From: Neodothiora populina
Taxonomy: Eukaryota
DNA length: 64,000 nucleotides
Direction of reading: 5' to 3'
Assembly: GCF_041146345.1 (NCBI RefSeq)
Contig: NW_027191411.1
Location: forward strand, 1,364,001 to 1,428,000
Each line of letters starts with the position of its first letter. Position 1 is the first letter of the stretch. The position numbers were made by a program, and so were the translations under genes. The notes below the pieces were generated by a model. That model was not told the DNA's origin and made no database searches. It saw only the letters and a program-made list of their open reading frames with translations. This document shows positions 62,180 through 64,000 of the stretch, in pieces.

Positions 62180-64000
62180 CAGCAACACCAGCGGCAATTT
62201 GGAGAGACAGATGCCGCCTTTGATGCTTTTCCCTCCACCACGGACACGCAGCAGCAGTTCATGAATCCCTGGGGTATGCCACCGCAACAGCCTAATCGTC
62301 CCTACCAGGCTTCACCGGACCACTTCTACCATCAGAGTAGTGAGTGTGCACCCATGGCCAATCAACCTCACTATCCCGGCTCTCTCTCCGCTCAAGATTG
62401 GACACAGCCTTCGTATGGCTATACTGGCGGCACCGAGCATTGGAACTATCAGACCGACGAGCCCACCATCTATGGCGAGGATGCCACTCTACATCTGAAG
62501 ATCCAGAGCATCCCTACCCTTGACAATCTGTCAACCCAAATCATCATGAATCTCGCCAAGGGTTCGCTGCCTGATATACTACTCCTCACCGCTGGCCGTA
62601 ATTACGAAGAGAGTCAGGCGTACTTCACCCGAAGGACGCTCTTCGACCAGACTCGTAAAGTCTTCACCCGCGCTTCCGTCTTCATCGACCTCGATCCCGC
62701 AGCCCATCTGTTCACGGCCTCGCAGCAGGAAGTGATTCGCAAAGCCAACCGCGCCACCTTCATCTCTAGCATCCTCGAGGGTCACGACATAAGCTTCTAC
62801 GATCTCGACGCCCGCTTTCTCGACACATTTGTGCCCGCGGGACAACGTCTTTCCACGTGGCAAGGCGCCATCTACCTCGAGCTCAAGACTCAGGCATACA
62901 TTGCTGCGCTCATGAACAACGACGGTCCGGCCGACATTTTGCTCGACGAGCTCTTTCCGCACGACATAGAGCAGAGAATTCAAGCCCGACATCCAGACGC
63001 ACCGAATATTGCGCCCAGCGAGCAGGACTTCCTCGATCGCGCGAGGGCTCGAAAGCAGTATCTTCTCCAAGAGCCTCCGTCCTACGAGTCTTTGAACACA
63101 CTGCGTCACAAATACGGGTGGCAGGAGTTCTTGCGCGAGTTCGCTAGCAGCATCAACAGGAATGTCGAGTCCATTGTCAACAATCCGGTATGACAGTCTT
63201 CTGACAACGTGCGCATGCTTGTTGTAATGTGTATTTATTGACCATCTTCGCAGGCTCGGACACCGTCAAGTGCATCCTTTTCACCACAGGTCCCTCGCCT
63301 ATCTCAATCACCAGCCACGCGACACCCCTATTACGGAGAGCACCTGACGCAACAGCGAGCTCAGTATATTGCGAATCAAGGCCTTGCTCCGTTGCCGCCA
63401 CCTCCGCCACAGACACCCCAGGCACCTGCAAATAACCACCAGGTACAGAACTTGCGACAGCTGGACGAGCCAGGGAGCGTCTCCGCCACTCCTGACCCTG
63501 TAGAAGGCGAACCCCCAGCGCAGCCGAAAGGCAAGCCTGGCAAGGCAAACAAGAGCGGAAGCAGCACAGGCACACCGCGCCAGCCATGGAAACAAGAGGA
63601 AGAGGACGCGCTGCTGGCGGGCCTTTCCGAAGTCAACGGACCGCACTGGTCTCAGATCCTGAGTCTCTACGGACGCGGCGGCAGCATCAACGAGGTGCTC
63701 AAGGACCGAAACCAAATCCAACTAAAGGACAAAGCGCGCAATCTGAAGCTGTGGTACTTGAAAATGGGCAACGAGGTGCCGCAGTGCTTGCGCGGAGTGA
63801 CGGGCGAGTTGCGCAAACGAGGAGGAGCCAGAGTCAGAGCAGCGCTCGGCCTCACAGACGACGACGACGAGGGCCCACCGAACAAGAAGAAAAAGGCCAC
63901 CGCTGTGGGCGCGTCGCCGTTGTCCAAAGGCAAGGGAAACGGACAACCGAAAGCTGGACAAGCGACGGCACCACAAGAAGGCGGAGACGGCGAGGGATCT
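61339..64000 (+). CDS. TBF1: Telobox Myb telomere-repeat-binding factor, Tbf1 family (3' end outside window)
   Basis: Micro-exon ATGTCAG, intron 61346-61658. Tbf1/TRF domain (IRKANRATF, FLDTFVP, YLELKTQAYI). Telobox PWKQEEEDALLAGL..GPHWSQIL..QLKDKARNLKL. PolyQ tract. Confidence 0.88.
62132..62185 (+). repeat. CAG/CAA repeat encoding Q18 in TBF1
   Basis: (CAG)11 core flanked by CAA/CAG codons. Confidence 0.9.

Overview
Gene-dense, intron-containing eukaryotic DNA from a filamentous ascomycete (Pezizomycotina; a Dothideomycete is my guess). It has short GT-AG introns with CTRAC-type branch points. About 24 protein-coding loci, mostly conserved housekeeping genes: MCM6 3' end, GT2-like membrane protein, MET5, FAD1, MATE transporter, CCHC zinc-knuckle protein, TAP42, Dicer-like 1, TSC1, SUN protein, GAL10, POLD4, DcpS, Gpr1/Git3 GPCR, YUH1, DIB1, SEC1, SUV3, DUF4385, RNase H2C, CFA-synthase-like methyltransferase, ATG18 and TBF1 (3' end outside the window). 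There is also one intron-containing tRNA-Gln(TTG). I saw no transposon, CRISPR array or secondary-metabolite cluster. Best leads, all hypotheses: (i) a JAZ-type zinc finger + 6xCCHC + Trp/acidic-tail protein close to Dicer; (ii) a spliced gene at 29-30 kb whose frame runs through an in-frame TGA; (iii) a ~410-nt array of stem-loops between POLD4 and DcpS; (iv) a cluster of Tbf1 binding sites in TBF1's own promoter; (v) a Leu-rich uORF upstream of TSC1. All gene models were read by eye and no database searches were run.
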